A model generated the notes under the pieces. It ran no database searches. It was not told where the DNA came from and saw nothing but the letters and a program-made list of their open reading frames with translations. A stretch of DNA of 64,000 bases, from positions 74,296-138,295 of the forward strand of contig CAYOEG010000002.1 of the NCBI GenBank assembly GCA_964403155.1, in the 5' to 3' direction. The stretch's first letter is position 1; each line of letters opens with the position of its first letter. The DNA is from an uncultured Candidatus Saccharibacteria bacterium (GTDB lineage: Bacteria > Patescibacteriota > Dojkabacteria > SC72). The position numbers and the translations under genes were made by a program. Below are positions 48,388 to 57,726 of this stretch, one piece after another.

Positions 48388-50583
48388 ATGAAAATTACTG
48401 CTCAACAGTTTGTTTCAAATAGCAAAGAAGGGAACTCCTTTGTATCAATCTTCAAACATTTTGCGAACTCTGGTGAAAAGAAGACAGAGAGAGAAGGGGA
48501 CCTGTACTGCCTTCTTAATATCTCTGGGAAAGAAAATATCCCTGCAGAAAGAATAAGTAAGTTCGTTTGGGATGGGATTTTAGATGGGTATATATATTCC
48601 AACGAAAAAAGCACAAACAACGCACTCAAAGATGGGATTAATAACGGAGTTCAGAAACTTAGAGATCTCATAAAGAATGATCAAACATTGGAAGAACTGG
48701 GGGTTAATGTTGATTTTGTACTTGTAGCTCAGAGGAAAGAGGGATTGTATATTGGGAATCTCGGAGAAAATGAAATATATGCCTACAAGGCTGGAAAGTT
48801 TGTAGATATATCAGAAATATTGAAGAAAAGTAGGGCAAATACCGCAGGTATCGCACTTGAAGAACAGGATATGCTAGTAATCTCTACAAAAGGTGTCTTA
48901 GAAGGATATATCAACTCACTATCCAACTCGAAAGATTCCAAAAATGTTGTATTAGGGCTTAAGACTTTAGGTGGAGGATTGAATGGGTCTGGTGGTTTTG
49001 TGCTTTTCTTAGATGAAGAATTGAATGAGACTACAGAGTTAGAAGAAATACCAATAGATGGAGAAGAACCTCTTCTGCATCAACATCCAAAAGAATCGGA
49101 GAAATATGCAGTAATGGCAGAGCATACAATCAAATACACGAAGGGCAGATTTTTCCAAGGATACGGTCTGATCAAGGATGGTGCAGTTGAATATTTCCAA
49201 AGGATAAAGGAATGGGTAAAGAATATTCTTGGGAATCGTAAATGGTTTAAAAAGTTTGCATCCAAGGTTTCTGAAATCAAGATAAATACAAAACCGATAA
49301 CTTCGATGAAAGGTATGCGCATAGATGGTTACAAGACAAAAGATCTTCGTACGAGGAGGGTTCGAATGGTGGTAATAGGTGTTGCAATAATAGTACTCTT
49401 AGCTTTGGGAATAAATTTCACAATCAAAGCAAGGAATGCAAGCATCGTACATAAGCAGGCAACTGCGGTATTTACAGAAGTTGAAAACCTTGTTAAGAAG
49501 GCAGAGAATTATGCAACCTCGGACAAAAGTACTGCAGAAATGTCCATATATCAGGCAAAAAACCAACTCAATGGCCTTCCTGCAACCCTCTCTGAGAAGG
49601 ATATGGGTATCAAGGTGGGATACGATTCTAGAATATTGTCTTTAGAGGATTCGATGTACTATCGTGTTGGGCTAACAGACAACGATGGAAAACTGTCGAC
49701 ATTCTTGGATTCCAGACTTGCCTTTGGAGAAGGGTCTAATCCTACAGACATAGAGATATACTCTGATTCCTCTGGGAATAGATATCTGATTGTAACAGAC
49801 AAGGGACTCAAGTCTGTATATAGAGTCGCTTTGTATGACAAGGTGACAGAGAAGCTAATAGATACCAGTAACCTTTTGAAGGAACCAATGTATGTTTCAA
49901 TGGGCAATTCCGGGGTGTTTGTTTACGACGAAAGAGTAGGAGTACTTAAAGCACCCTTTGATGATAGTAAATGGTTCTCGACATTTGTGGCAATTTCTGG
50001 ATTAAGTAGAGAAAGCATCAAGCCAGACCAAATCAGTGAGTTCATTGTATTAACGGAATCGGACAATATATATATATTGGCACAGGATGAGAATTCCCTG
50101 CTTAAATCTGTTTTCTCATATGAAAATAGATATGGCCTTTATTACAGATACATTACAGATGACAGATTCACAAATTCTACAGATGTATTAGCAGACCTTA
50201 GTGTATATTTCTTAACATCAGACGCTCCATACCTATTAAGATACAGTTACAACTATGCAGAACAGATTCAGAAAGAAAATCCTTTGACAATATCTGGCGT
50301 AAACGGAGATCTTGGAATATTAACAAAGGGTTTTACAACTGAGAGTCTTGATGAAGGGTTGTATGTATTTGATTCTGCAAACAAAAGATTTGTGAAGTTT
50401 GAAAAACCTCAGGAAGCAGGTAGCAATATAATTCACCCGAATGAAGTAGTATTAAAAGCACAGTGGGTATACAGGGGATCTAAGAGTGGAGTGTGGGATA
50501 ATATCAAAGACTTCGTAGTAGATTCTTCTACTGGAGATCTATATATTCTCGATGGCTCTACAGTTTGGAAGGTCGTGATATAA
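48388..50583 (+). CDS. Bitopic protein: degenerate PP2C-like N-domain, TM, beta-propeller-like C-domain
   Basis: LYIGNLGE, LEEQD.LVISTKG (PP2C-like); repeated xxYxxD beta motifs. Confidence 0.55.
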   Translation: MKITAQQFVSNSKEGNSFVSIFKHFANSGEKKTEREGDLYCLLNISGKENIPAERISKFVWDGILDGYIYSNEKSTNNALKDGINNGVQKLRDLIKNDQTLEELGVNVDFVLVAQRKEGLYIGNLGENEIYAYKAGKFVDISEILKKSRANTAGIALEEQDMLVISTKGVLEGYINSLSNSKDSKNVVLGLKTLGGGLNGSGGFVLFLDEELNETTELEEIPIDGEEPLLHQHPKESEKYAVMAEHTIKYTKGRFFQGYGLIKDGAVEYFQRIKEWVKNILGNRKWFKKFASKVSEIKINTKPITSMKGMRIDGYKTKDLRTRRVRMVVIGVAIIVLLALGINFTIKARNASIVHKQATAVFTEVENLVKKAENYATSDKSTAEMSIYQAKNQLNGLPATLSEKDMGIKVGYDSRILSLEDSMYYRVGLTDNDGKLSTFLDSRLAFGEGSNPTDIEIYSDSSGNRYLIVTDKGLKSVYRVALYDKVTEKLIDTSNLLKEPMYVSMGNSGVFVYDERVGVLKAPFDDSKWFSTFVAISGLSRESIKPDQISEFIVLTESDNIYILAQDENSLLKSVFSYENRYGLYYRYITDDRFTNSTDVLADLSVYFLTSDAPYLLRYSYNYAEQIQKENPLTISGVNGDLGILTKGFTTESLDEGLYVFDSANKRFVKFEKPQEAGSNIIHPNEVVLKAQWVYRGSKSGVWDNIKDFVVDSSTGDLYILDGSTVWKVVI

Positions 50584-50593
50584 TAGCGATATT

Positions 50594-51037
50594 ATGAAGA
50601 TTTTCAATAAAAAGGCATCTTTCAATTATGAGATACTTGAGACATTTGAAGCAGGTATTGTCTTAACAGGGGCTGAGGTTAAATCCGTAAAGACGGGAAG
50701 ACTAAATCTTGGAGATGCATATGTAAAAATAATAAATAATGAGTTATGGCTCGTTAATGCAGATATTCCTAGATATAAATATTCTTCGGATGAGCACTAT
50801 GATTCAACTAGATCAAGGAAGCTTTTAATAAATAGGGATCAGTTTGTTAAATTGCAAAGTAAGATAAAACAAGGTAATCTGACATTAATGCCTGTGAGTA
50901 TGTATGATACGAGAGGTTTTTTGAAGGTAGAAGTAGGTATTGGTAGAGGAAAGAAACACTATGAGAAGAAGCTAAGAGAGAAGGAGAGGGATTTGGATAG
51001 GGAACTCCACTTGGAGAACAGAAAATATGTGATATAA
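50594..51037 (+). CDS. smpB: SsrA-binding protein
   Basis: NKKA.FNY, EAGIVLTGAEVKS, R.RKLL, GKK. Confidence 0.96.
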   Translation: MKIFNKKASFNYEILETFEAGIVLTGAEVKSVKTGRLNLGDAYVKIINNELWLVNADIPRYKYSSDEHYDSTRSRKLLINRDQFVKLQSKIKQGNLTLMPVSMYDTRGFLKVEVGIGRGKKHYEKKLREKERDLDRELHLENRKYVI

Positions 51038-51049
51038 TGTTATAGGATT

Positions 51050-51385
51050 ATGACAGACTTAAATATTGGTTTAGAAAAAGGAAAGAATTCTGAGACAAAA
51101 CCACTTTCTCCAGAGGGCTTAGATTCTGCTAAAGGTGCTGATTTAGAGAACAACACTCTCGCTCAAGAACCTGCTGCAAAGCCAGAAGATGAACAGGACC
51201 TTCCAAAAGTGCAGTCTCCAGTACAGGCACAGAAAGATAATAAAGTTGCAGAGGAAACTCTGCCAGGAGTTGGATATCAATTGCCTGCAGAAAATGTGCT
51301 TATAGAATCTGATGAAACAATAGCAAGACTTTTGATATTGCGTGACAAAATGAGAAATGGTGGAATCCCTTCCAACCAACAGTAA
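51050..51385 (+). CDS. Hypothetical acidic protein
   Basis: 111-aa ORF with upstream TGATATAAT. Confidence 0.6.
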   Translation: MTDLNIGLEKGKNSETKPLSPEGLDSAKGADLENNTLAQEPAAKPEDEQDLPKVQSPVQAQKDNKVAEETLPGVGYQLPAENVLIESDETIARLLILRDKMRNGGIPSNQQ

Positions 51386-51449
51386 CTCTCTTTGATATAT
51401 ATATCCCTGTGTGATATTCTTTAAGCATAAGATTACCTTACTGCCATTA

Positions 51450-53975
51450 ATGAATTCAGATGAATTCACATATTCACAAGTAATAGGTCCAATTAAAGAT
51501 CCTACCAAAGAAATTGAAACTGGTTCTAATGTTGTGTATCCAAATAATTCATACGAGGAATATTATGGAAACAACAATATAGAGATCCCGTGGGGTTGGA
51601 TTATTTTCGCACTTGTATTAATAGGTGGCCTTGTAGTAGCTTTTTTCCTTGTTAAGAAAAAATTAATTAGGAAAGACAGAAATGAAAAAGCCAATGATGG
51701 AGTATTAATGGAGGTACGGGTTCCAAGAGATAACGAAGTGGAAATAGGAGTCGCAGAACAGATGTTCGCAAATCTCTACGGTATTGGTGGAAAAGGAGAT
51801 GGCTTAGCAGAACACTTTACAGTAGGTAACGCAGTAAGTTTTGAAGTTGTTGGATTACCTGGTGAAATTAGGTTCTTTGTGCATTGCCCAAGGAAATTCG
51901 CTGACTTAGTTGAGAAACAAATCTTAGGATCATACCAAGATGCTGATGTCTCGATAGTGAATGAGTACAATATATTTGCTCCCAATACTAAATCAGCATA
52001 CACAAGGTTAGTCTTAGACGAGGAACCATATTGTCCATTAAGAGTAGCAGAGAATTTTACAGGAGATCCATTTGCAAATGTACTTAGCACACTTAGCAAG
52101 ATGTCTGAAAATGAAGGTGCTGTTGTACAGATAATTGTTACTCCTACAGATAGTACTTGGCAGAAAAATGGGGCGAAGTTTGTACAGAAGGTAGAAAACA
52201 ACAACTCAGATCCCGAAAAGAAAAAGATAGGGATCTCACAGGAGAAGTTGCAAGGAATAGGGAAGAAGGTTGCAAAGCCAGGGTTGGCCACCGAGATTCG
52301 TATTATGACAAGTGCTCCTGACGAGGCGATTGCAAAGATGCATTTAGATAATATTGTTGGTGCATTCGACCAATACAATAACCCAGGGGTGAACAAATTA
52401 AAGAAGGCAAAGGTAGAGAAGAAAGACGAGAAGAGATTCCTTTATGATGTCATATATAGGAGGACGCCAGAAGCAAAGGAATCTATTCTTAATGTCGAAG
52501 AGCTTGCGGCCTTATATCATTTCCCTAATAAAAATATTACAACACCCAATATTCATTGGTTGCTATCAAGAGAGTTAGTGGCAGATAATTCAATTAGTTC
52601 TGACATAAAGTCTAAGGATACGATATGGATCGGGAACAATTATTTTAGAGGAAAGAAGAAGATTATATGTTTTGAACGGGATGATAGAAGAAGGCATTCG
52701 TATATTCTTGGTCAGACGGGTACGGGTAAGTCTTGGCTTATGAAGAGGATGATATTGCAAGATATATACAATGGCGATGGGGTTTGTTTCATAGATCCAC
52801 ATGGAGAAACAGCAGAAGATATTTTAGAGTTGATCCCACCAGAGAGGGCAGAGGATGTTATCTACTTTAATGCAGGAGATTTTGAACGTCCTTTTGGTTT
52901 GAATATTATGGAATTTTACAATGAGCAGCATCAGCACCAAATTGTTAATAGCTTCATTGCTTTGTTGATTAGGTTGTTTGACCCTCACAATCAAGGATAT
53001 GTAGGTCCGGCAATGCAACAAGCGGTAAGAAACTCTATGCTTACAGCTATGGCAAAAGAAGGGTCGACTCTAATTGAGGTTGTTAGAATATTGCAGGATG
53101 AGGAATGGGTTATGAATTATTGGTTACCAATGGTAAAGGATGAACTGGTAAGAAGGTACTGGACTGATCAGGTGGCGAAGACAGACAAAAAGACTAAGTC
53201 TGAATCTTTGACATATTTCATTAGTAAGTTTGATAAATTCACAACAAATCTGGCAATTAGAAATATTATTGGTCAGTCTAAATCATCTTTTGATTTCAGA
53301 GATGTGATGGACAACCAGAAAATCCTGATAATCAACCTTTCGAAGGGTGCGATAGGGGATGAGAATATGTCCTTCATCGGTCTTCTTGTTGTACAGAAAA
53401 TGTTGGCTGCGGCACTAAGTAGAGAGAATATTCCTCAAGAACAAAGAAAAGACTTTTTCTTCTATGCTGATGAGTTCCAGAATTTTGCAACAGAGGAATT
53501 CTCTTCTATTTTGTCCGAGGCAAGAAAGTACAAATTAAATCTCACAATTGCACATCAATATATTGGTCAACTACCGGAAGAAATTAAGAATGCAGTGTTT
53601 GGTAACGTTGGTTCTTTATTCATAACAAGGTGTAGTGCAGAGGATGCAAAGTTTTTGGAGACTCAGTTTGAGCCATATGTTAAGGCGGGAGATATGGTTA
53701 ACCAAGGTTCTGGACATTGGTATGTTAAATTACTGAACAATGGTGTATATCCTGCGCCTTTCTCGCTTAATTCTTTCTATGGACCGAAATTCCCTGATTC
53801 TGGTTTTGATCTTCCTGTTAGAAAGGATGTGGCAGATATTATTAAGAAATACTCAAGAGCTAAGTATGGTAGGGATGTGGCAGTAATTAATGAGGATATT
53901 AAGATAAGGTCACAGTTGGACAGAAAACCTGAACCTAATCCTATGAATTCTCCATTCCCGCAAATGGGATTCTAA
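51450..53975 (+). CDS. VirD4/TraG/HerA-like membrane-anchored ATPase
   Basis: TM; DRRRH.Y.LGQTGTGKS, IDPHG, YADEFQNF, LSEARKY, AHQY..QL, GNVG. Confidence 0.88.
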   Translation: MNSDEFTYSQVIGPIKDPTKEIETGSNVVYPNNSYEEYYGNNNIEIPWGWIIFALVLIGGLVVAFFLVKKKLIRKDRNEKANDGVLMEVRVPRDNEVEIGVAEQMFANLYGIGGKGDGLAEHFTVGNAVSFEVVGLPGEIRFFVHCPRKFADLVEKQILGSYQDADVSIVNEYNIFAPNTKSAYTRLVLDEEPYCPLRVAENFTGDPFANVLSTLSKMSENEGAVVQIIVTPTDSTWQKNGAKFVQKVENNNSDPEKKKIGISQEKLQGIGKKVAKPGLATEIRIMTSAPDEAIAKMHLDNIVGAFDQYNNPGVNKLKKAKVEKKDEKRFLYDVIYRRTPEAKESILNVEELAALYHFPNKNITTPNIHWLLSRELVADNSISSDIKSKDTIWIGNNYFRGKKKIICFERDDRRRHSYILGQTGTGKSWLMKRMILQDIYNGDGVCFIDPHGETAEDILELIPPERAEDVIYFNAGDFERPFGLNIMEFYNEQHQHQIVNSFIALLIRLFDPHNQGYVGPAMQQAVRNSMLTAMAKEGSTLIEVVRILQDEEWVMNYWLPMVKDELVRRYWTDQVAKTDKKTKSESLTYFISKFDKFTTNLAIRNIIGQSKSSFDFRDVMDNQKILIINLSKGAIGDENMSFIGLLVVQKMLAAALSRENIPQEQRKDFFFYADEFQNFATEEFSSILSEARKYKLNLTIAHQYIGQLPEEIKNAVFGNVGSLFITRCSAEDAKFLETQFEPYVKAGDMVNQGSGHWYVKLLNNGVYPAPFSLNSFYGPKFPDSGFDLPVRKDVADIIKKYSRAKYGRDVAVINEDIKIRSQLDRKPEPNPMNSPFPQMGF

Positions 53976-54027
53976 TAGATGTATCTTCTAAAAACCTTCA
54001 TCTTTTGGTAGAATAGGCTACTTTAAT

Positions 54028-54100
54028 GGGAGTATAGCTCAGTCGGCAGAGCGCGGTTCTTATAAAGCCGTGGTCGATGGTTCGATTCCATCTACTCCCA
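54028..54100 (+). tRNA. tRNA-Ile(UAU)
   Basis: GGGAGTA/TACTCCC acceptor, A73; anticodon arm CGGTT-CTTATAA-AGCCG with TAT at 54061-54063. Confidence 0.9.
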
Positions 54101-54142
54101 TATTTCATCAATATTTAATAACTGCAGAGTACAATCTTCGTT

Positions 54143-54625
54143 ATGAAGATTTATGTATTTATAGACGAACAGAACCTGTATTTAAGCATAAAGTCTCAGG
54201 GGTGGAAGCTAAATTATGAAAGATGGTATAGATATCTACGAGATAAATATCGTGCAGGCAAAATGCTTGTATTCCTTGGCTTCCTCGACAAAAGAAGATT
54301 TTTCTATAAACAGTTACAAGATATTGGATTTGAACTAGTCTTCAAGGAAGTAACAAAACACATAGAAAATGGAAAGGTATCTTACAAGGGGAACATAGAT
54401 GCTGAACTAGTATTGTATTGTGCACGAATAGAACATGACAACTATGACAAGGCAATTATTGTTAGTGGGGATGGAGATTTTAAATGTTTAATTGCATATC
54501 TTGAGCAAAATCGTAAATTAGGAAGAATATTAATTCCTAATAAAAAATCTTTCTCGTCATTACTTCTAAGTTACGATAAGTATCTAGATTTCGTAAGTGA
54601 TCAGAGGGATAGGCTGAAAGAATGA
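54143..54625 (+). CDS. NYN-domain (LabA/DUF88, PIN-like) ribonuclease
   Basis: FIDEQNL, KGNIDAEL, VSGDGDF. Confidence 0.9.
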   Translation: MKIYVFIDEQNLYLSIKSQGWKLNYERWYRYLRDKYRAGKMLVFLGFLDKRRFFYKQLQDIGFELVFKEVTKHIENGKVSYKGNIDAELVLYCARIEHDNYDKAIIVSGDGDFKCLIAYLEQNRKLGRILIPNKKSFSSLLLSYDKYLDFVSDQRDRLKE

Positions 54626-54628
54626 AAT

Positions 54629-54678
54629 GGGGGTATTGCTTTGAAGACTTACCTTCAAAGACCTCTCCCCCTGGTGAC
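54629..54678 (-). ncRNA. Putative small structured RNA convergent with the NYN gene
   Basis: G5/C5 stem + internal loop + CTTTGAAG/CTTCAAAG stem; minus-strand TTGACC-18-TATAAT at 54714-54685. Confidence 0.4.
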
Positions 54679-54729
54679 GCTTACATTATATCTCTGTGAG
54701 AATAATTTGGTCAAGAAAACAATTGTGAA

Positions 54730-55617
54730 TTACAGTTCTTTAAGATTCTTTTGATCCTCTTTTTGCATCTTAACAAGGTTAAGATACTTTTCTGTAGTAG
54801 AAAGTCTCTTGTGACCAACTAACTTGGAAACAACAACAAGACTTACACCATTAGCTAAGTGATGTGCAATAAAGGTATTTCTAAGATCATTAACCTTTGC
54901 ATTCTTAATACCACCTCTCTCAAACGCCTTATCTATCGCAGTTCTAATATTTCTTACCAAGAGAGGTCTACCATTCTTTGTTACAAACAATGTATCATCT
55001 TCTGTCTCCGGTCTTACTTCTAAATATTCATCAATAGCCTTCTTTGCCGATTTGTTTAGAGGAACCTTCCTGAATGGGTGGCTACCAGCAGCTTTGATAT
55101 ACAAATAATCGATCTTTCCATCTTTAGATTTTCTAATATCTTCCAAAGAAAGAGCTGCCAATTCTCCAATTCTAATACCAGTTTGTAATAGCACTTCTAC
55201 GATAGAGTAGAGACGGATATCAATTCTACTGACATCTCTCAATGCCCTGTATTCCATTTCTGTTAATACTCTAGGAGGTTTAGTCTCAAACTTAGGATGT
55301 GCTAATTTCTCTGATGGATTATCAGAAATCATAGAGTTATCCATTAGATATCTGTAGAAGGTTCTGGTACTGTTTATCTTTCTGGAAATACTCTTTGGGG
55401 TGTAGTTATTATCCTGTAAATACTGTTTGTACTTCTCCAAATCTTCAATAGTGGTGTCTTGGATAGTAGCTCTAGCTTCTTTCGAAAAGAAATTTAGCAA
55501 TTGCTCGATATCTTTAGCATAAGCTATAACAGTGGCTTCAGACCTACCCTTAGATCTTAAATCACCTATAAACTTATTTCTTTTCTCTTCAAAATTTGGA
55601 TTATTTATTGCTCCCAC
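54730..55617 (-). CDS. XerC/XerD-like tyrosine recombinase
   Basis: SAM-like N-domain, TGIRIGE, NDLRN (HxxR variant), LVGH...TTEKY. Confidence 0.88.
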   Translation of the reverse strand: MGAINNPNFEEKRNKFIGDLRSKGRSEATVIAYAKDIEQLLNFFSKEARATIQDTTIEDLEKYKQYLQDNNYTPKSISRKINSTRTFYRYLMDNSMISDNPSEKLAHPKFETKPPRVLTEMEYRALRDVSRIDIRLYSIVEVLLQTGIRIGELAALSLEDIRKSKDGKIDYLYIKAAGSHPFRKVPLNKSAKKAIDEYLEVRPETEDDTLFVTKNGRPLLVRNIRTAIDKAFERGGIKNAKVNDLRNTFIAHHLANGVSLVVVSKLVGHKRLSTTEKYLNLVKMQKEDQKNLKEL

Positions 55618-55754
55618 CGTATTAAGTCTTTAATTTATTAACACTATTTGTATATAGCAAAATTATATCACCTTGGGATGCCAAGGGCAATAATAAATAT
55701 ATATGGGGTAGAGGATGGCTTCCTTAATATTGAGGACTAGAATATAATATCATT

Positions 55755-56201
55755 ATGCCCACAATTTCATATAGACCTAATAGGCCGAGAGCGAATAATA
55801 CTATTAAAAATAACATAGCACCTGCTATTTTTGAGAATACAGTAGTAAAACTGATATTCGTAGGGATATCTATATTCCTTCTCTACAATGTTTTGCATTC
55901 AGTAGATATTACGATTCAGAAGGTAAATATATTAAAAAACGCTAGAGAAGAGGTAGAAAGCTTAAGAGTAACCAATTTGGAGTTAGCTACTCAGTTACAA
56001 AGTATGCAAAATCCTGAATATATTGAAGTAGAGGCTAGGGATAGATTGAATTTCTCTGGAACTAATGATGTGGTTTTTGTAATTCCGGATTCTCTTCTGG
56101 AGACAGCTAGTGAGCGTCTTTCTATGATATGGGATGAGAATGTTGTACAGGAGAAATCAAATTTTGAAGCTTGGGTAGATTTATTGGTAAATGGGTCTTA
56201 A
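55755..56201 (+). CDS. Septum formation initiator (FtsB/DivIC-like)
   Basis: TM + coiled coil + PEYIEVEARDRLN. Confidence 0.8.
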   Translation: MPTISYRPNRPRANNTIKNNIAPAIFENTVVKLIFVGISIFLLYNVLHSVDITIQKVNILKNAREEVESLRVTNLELATQLQSMQNPEYIEVEARDRLNFSGTNDVVFVIPDSLLETASERLSMIWDENVVQEKSNFEAWVDLLVNGS

Positions 56202-56248
56202 TTGGACTATTCATATTTTTGTAGTATAATCAGCATTACTGTTGTTAT

Positions 56249-56323
56249 CGCGGAGTAGAGCAGTGGCAGCTCGTCAGGCTCATAACCTGAAGGTCGTTGG
56301 TTCGAGTCCAACCTCCGCAACCA
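56249..56323 (+). tRNA. Initiator tRNA-fMet(CAU)
   Basis: C1:A72 mismatch, A11-U24, loop CTCATAA, CCA. Confidence 0.93.
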
Positions 56324-56420
56324 GTTCTCCTCTTTAATTTTGATCTCCCATGTGCTAGAATTACGCCGGAAACGACTCTAATACAGCATTTCTGAATAAA
56401 TAGTTGTTAGAAAGAAAAAT

Positions 56421-56981
56421 ATGCCATTAACAAATCAACCAGTAAAAGGTATGTATATCATTGAAGAGGGGAAGATATTCCATATCATTGATAGACAATT
56501 AAAAACACAAGGAAGACAGGGTGGATTAATAATCATGAGATTGCAGTCTATGGAGACCGGTAATCAAATTACTAAAACCATTAAATCTGGAGCTAAGGTT
56601 GAGCATATTGAGCCTGAAACAAAGGAGATGCAATATTTGTATTCTGATGAGTCTGGTTCTTACTTTATGGACTCTGATACCTACGAAACTATGTTTGTAG
56701 CTAAGGATATTATCGGTAATTATGTGAATTTCTTGAAAGAGGGTTCTACAACATTGATGTTGATGTACGAGGGTAAGATATTGAATATTAAGGAGAATCC
56801 TACAGCGGTATTAAAGGTTACTGATACTACTGATGCTGTTAAGGGTAATACTGCAAATAGTGCTACAAAGGATGCTACTTTAGAAACAGGTTACCATGTT
56901 CAGGTTCCTCTCTTTATAAAGGTAGGGGATGAGATTAAGGTAAATACTGATACTGGTAGTTATTCAAGCAAAGCAAATTAA
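56421..56981 (+). CDS. efp: Elongation factor P
   Basis: MQYLY, FMD..TYE, ATLETG..VQVPLFI..GD.IKVNT. Confidence 0.93.
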   Translation: MPLTNQPVKGMYIIEEGKIFHIIDRQLKTQGRQGGLIIMRLQSMETGNQITKTIKSGAKVEHIEPETKEMQYLYSDESGSYFMDSDTYETMFVAKDIIGNYVNFLKEGSTTLMLMYEGKILNIKENPTAVLKVTDTTDAVKGNTANSATKDATLETGYHVQVPLFIKVGDEIKVNTDTGSYSSKAN

Positions 56982-57007
56982 GAATTTGGTATAATCTTGT
57001 ACTACTT

Positions 57008-57081
57008 GGTGGAATAGCTCAGAAGGTTAGAGCATGGGATTCATAAACCCAAGGTCGGTGGTTCGATTCCACCTTCCACCA
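57008..57081 (+). tRNA. tRNA with CAU anticodon, probably elongator tRNA-Met
   Basis: GGTGGAA/TTCCACC acceptor, loop TTCATAA, A31-A39 mismatch. Confidence 0.85.
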
Positions 57082-57181
57082 TATTTTCACAAAAAGGAAC
57101 TTATAGTATAATCAATTGTCGTTGGATGCTTTTGCATCCTCAAAAAAGCTCTTTTTCATAATAAGAAAGGATTGGCTGAAG

Positions 57182-57622
57182 ATGAAAACCATCATAGATG
57201 TGGCCGGTGCGTTTGTTTTAAGGGGATTTCTTCCTTACGTGCACATTTCTGCTCATAAAGAAAGTTGGAAGCTATCCCTCAACCAAGGAAATTCTTCTTT
57301 AGGAATATTGTTCTTTACAATTCCACATGGTAATCTCTTTTGGTCTTTCTTGATCTATTGTCCAGAAGAGTGGAACAAATGGAAATACTCTTCCTGTCAG
57401 GGAAAAGTTCCAAGAATGATTCTCTCCACGGCTTCTGCAAATACTCGACCTCAGATCTCTGTGATGGAGTTTATGCATGCTAATGAACCGATGCCTGCAT
57501 ATATAGATTTCTCCACTGTGGGAATCAATATGGTAATAGCATCATCACTAGGGGGGGCAGATCAAAAGATTATGGAGGAGATCAAGAAAAGAATGATCTC
57601 CATAATGGAGCAAGAATTATGA
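57182..57622 (+). CDS. Orphan module gene 1
   Basis: ATG at 57182 with AAGAAAGGA upstream; promoter-like CTTATAGTATAAT at 57100-57112. Confidence 0.65.
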   Translation: MKTIIDVAGAFVLRGFLPYVHISAHKESWKLSLNQGNSSLGILFFTIPHGNLFWSFLIYCPEEWNKWKYSSCQGKVPRMILSTASANTRPQISVMEFMHANEPMPAYIDFSTVGINMVIASSLGGADQKIMEEIKKRMISIMEQEL

Positions 57623-57635
57623 AAAACGAGCTAAC

Positions 57636-57667
57636 CCTACGGGTATCCGTAAAAAGATATCCGTAGG
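57636..57667. repeat. Module hairpin A
   Basis: CCTACGGGTATC-cgtaaaaa-GATATCCGTAGG. Confidence 0.85.
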
Positions 57668-57726
57668 TCTTAGCAAAACTTGCATCGTATAGTATTATTA
57701 TATATTCAATTAAGCACCAAGAATCT

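Noticed and set aside
57623-57677. Canonical integron attC site
   Set aside because: GCTAAC...GTCTTAGC is suggestive but lacks a clean GTTRRRY core, and I saw no IntI-specific insertion in the nearby recombinase; kept only as a non-canonical element
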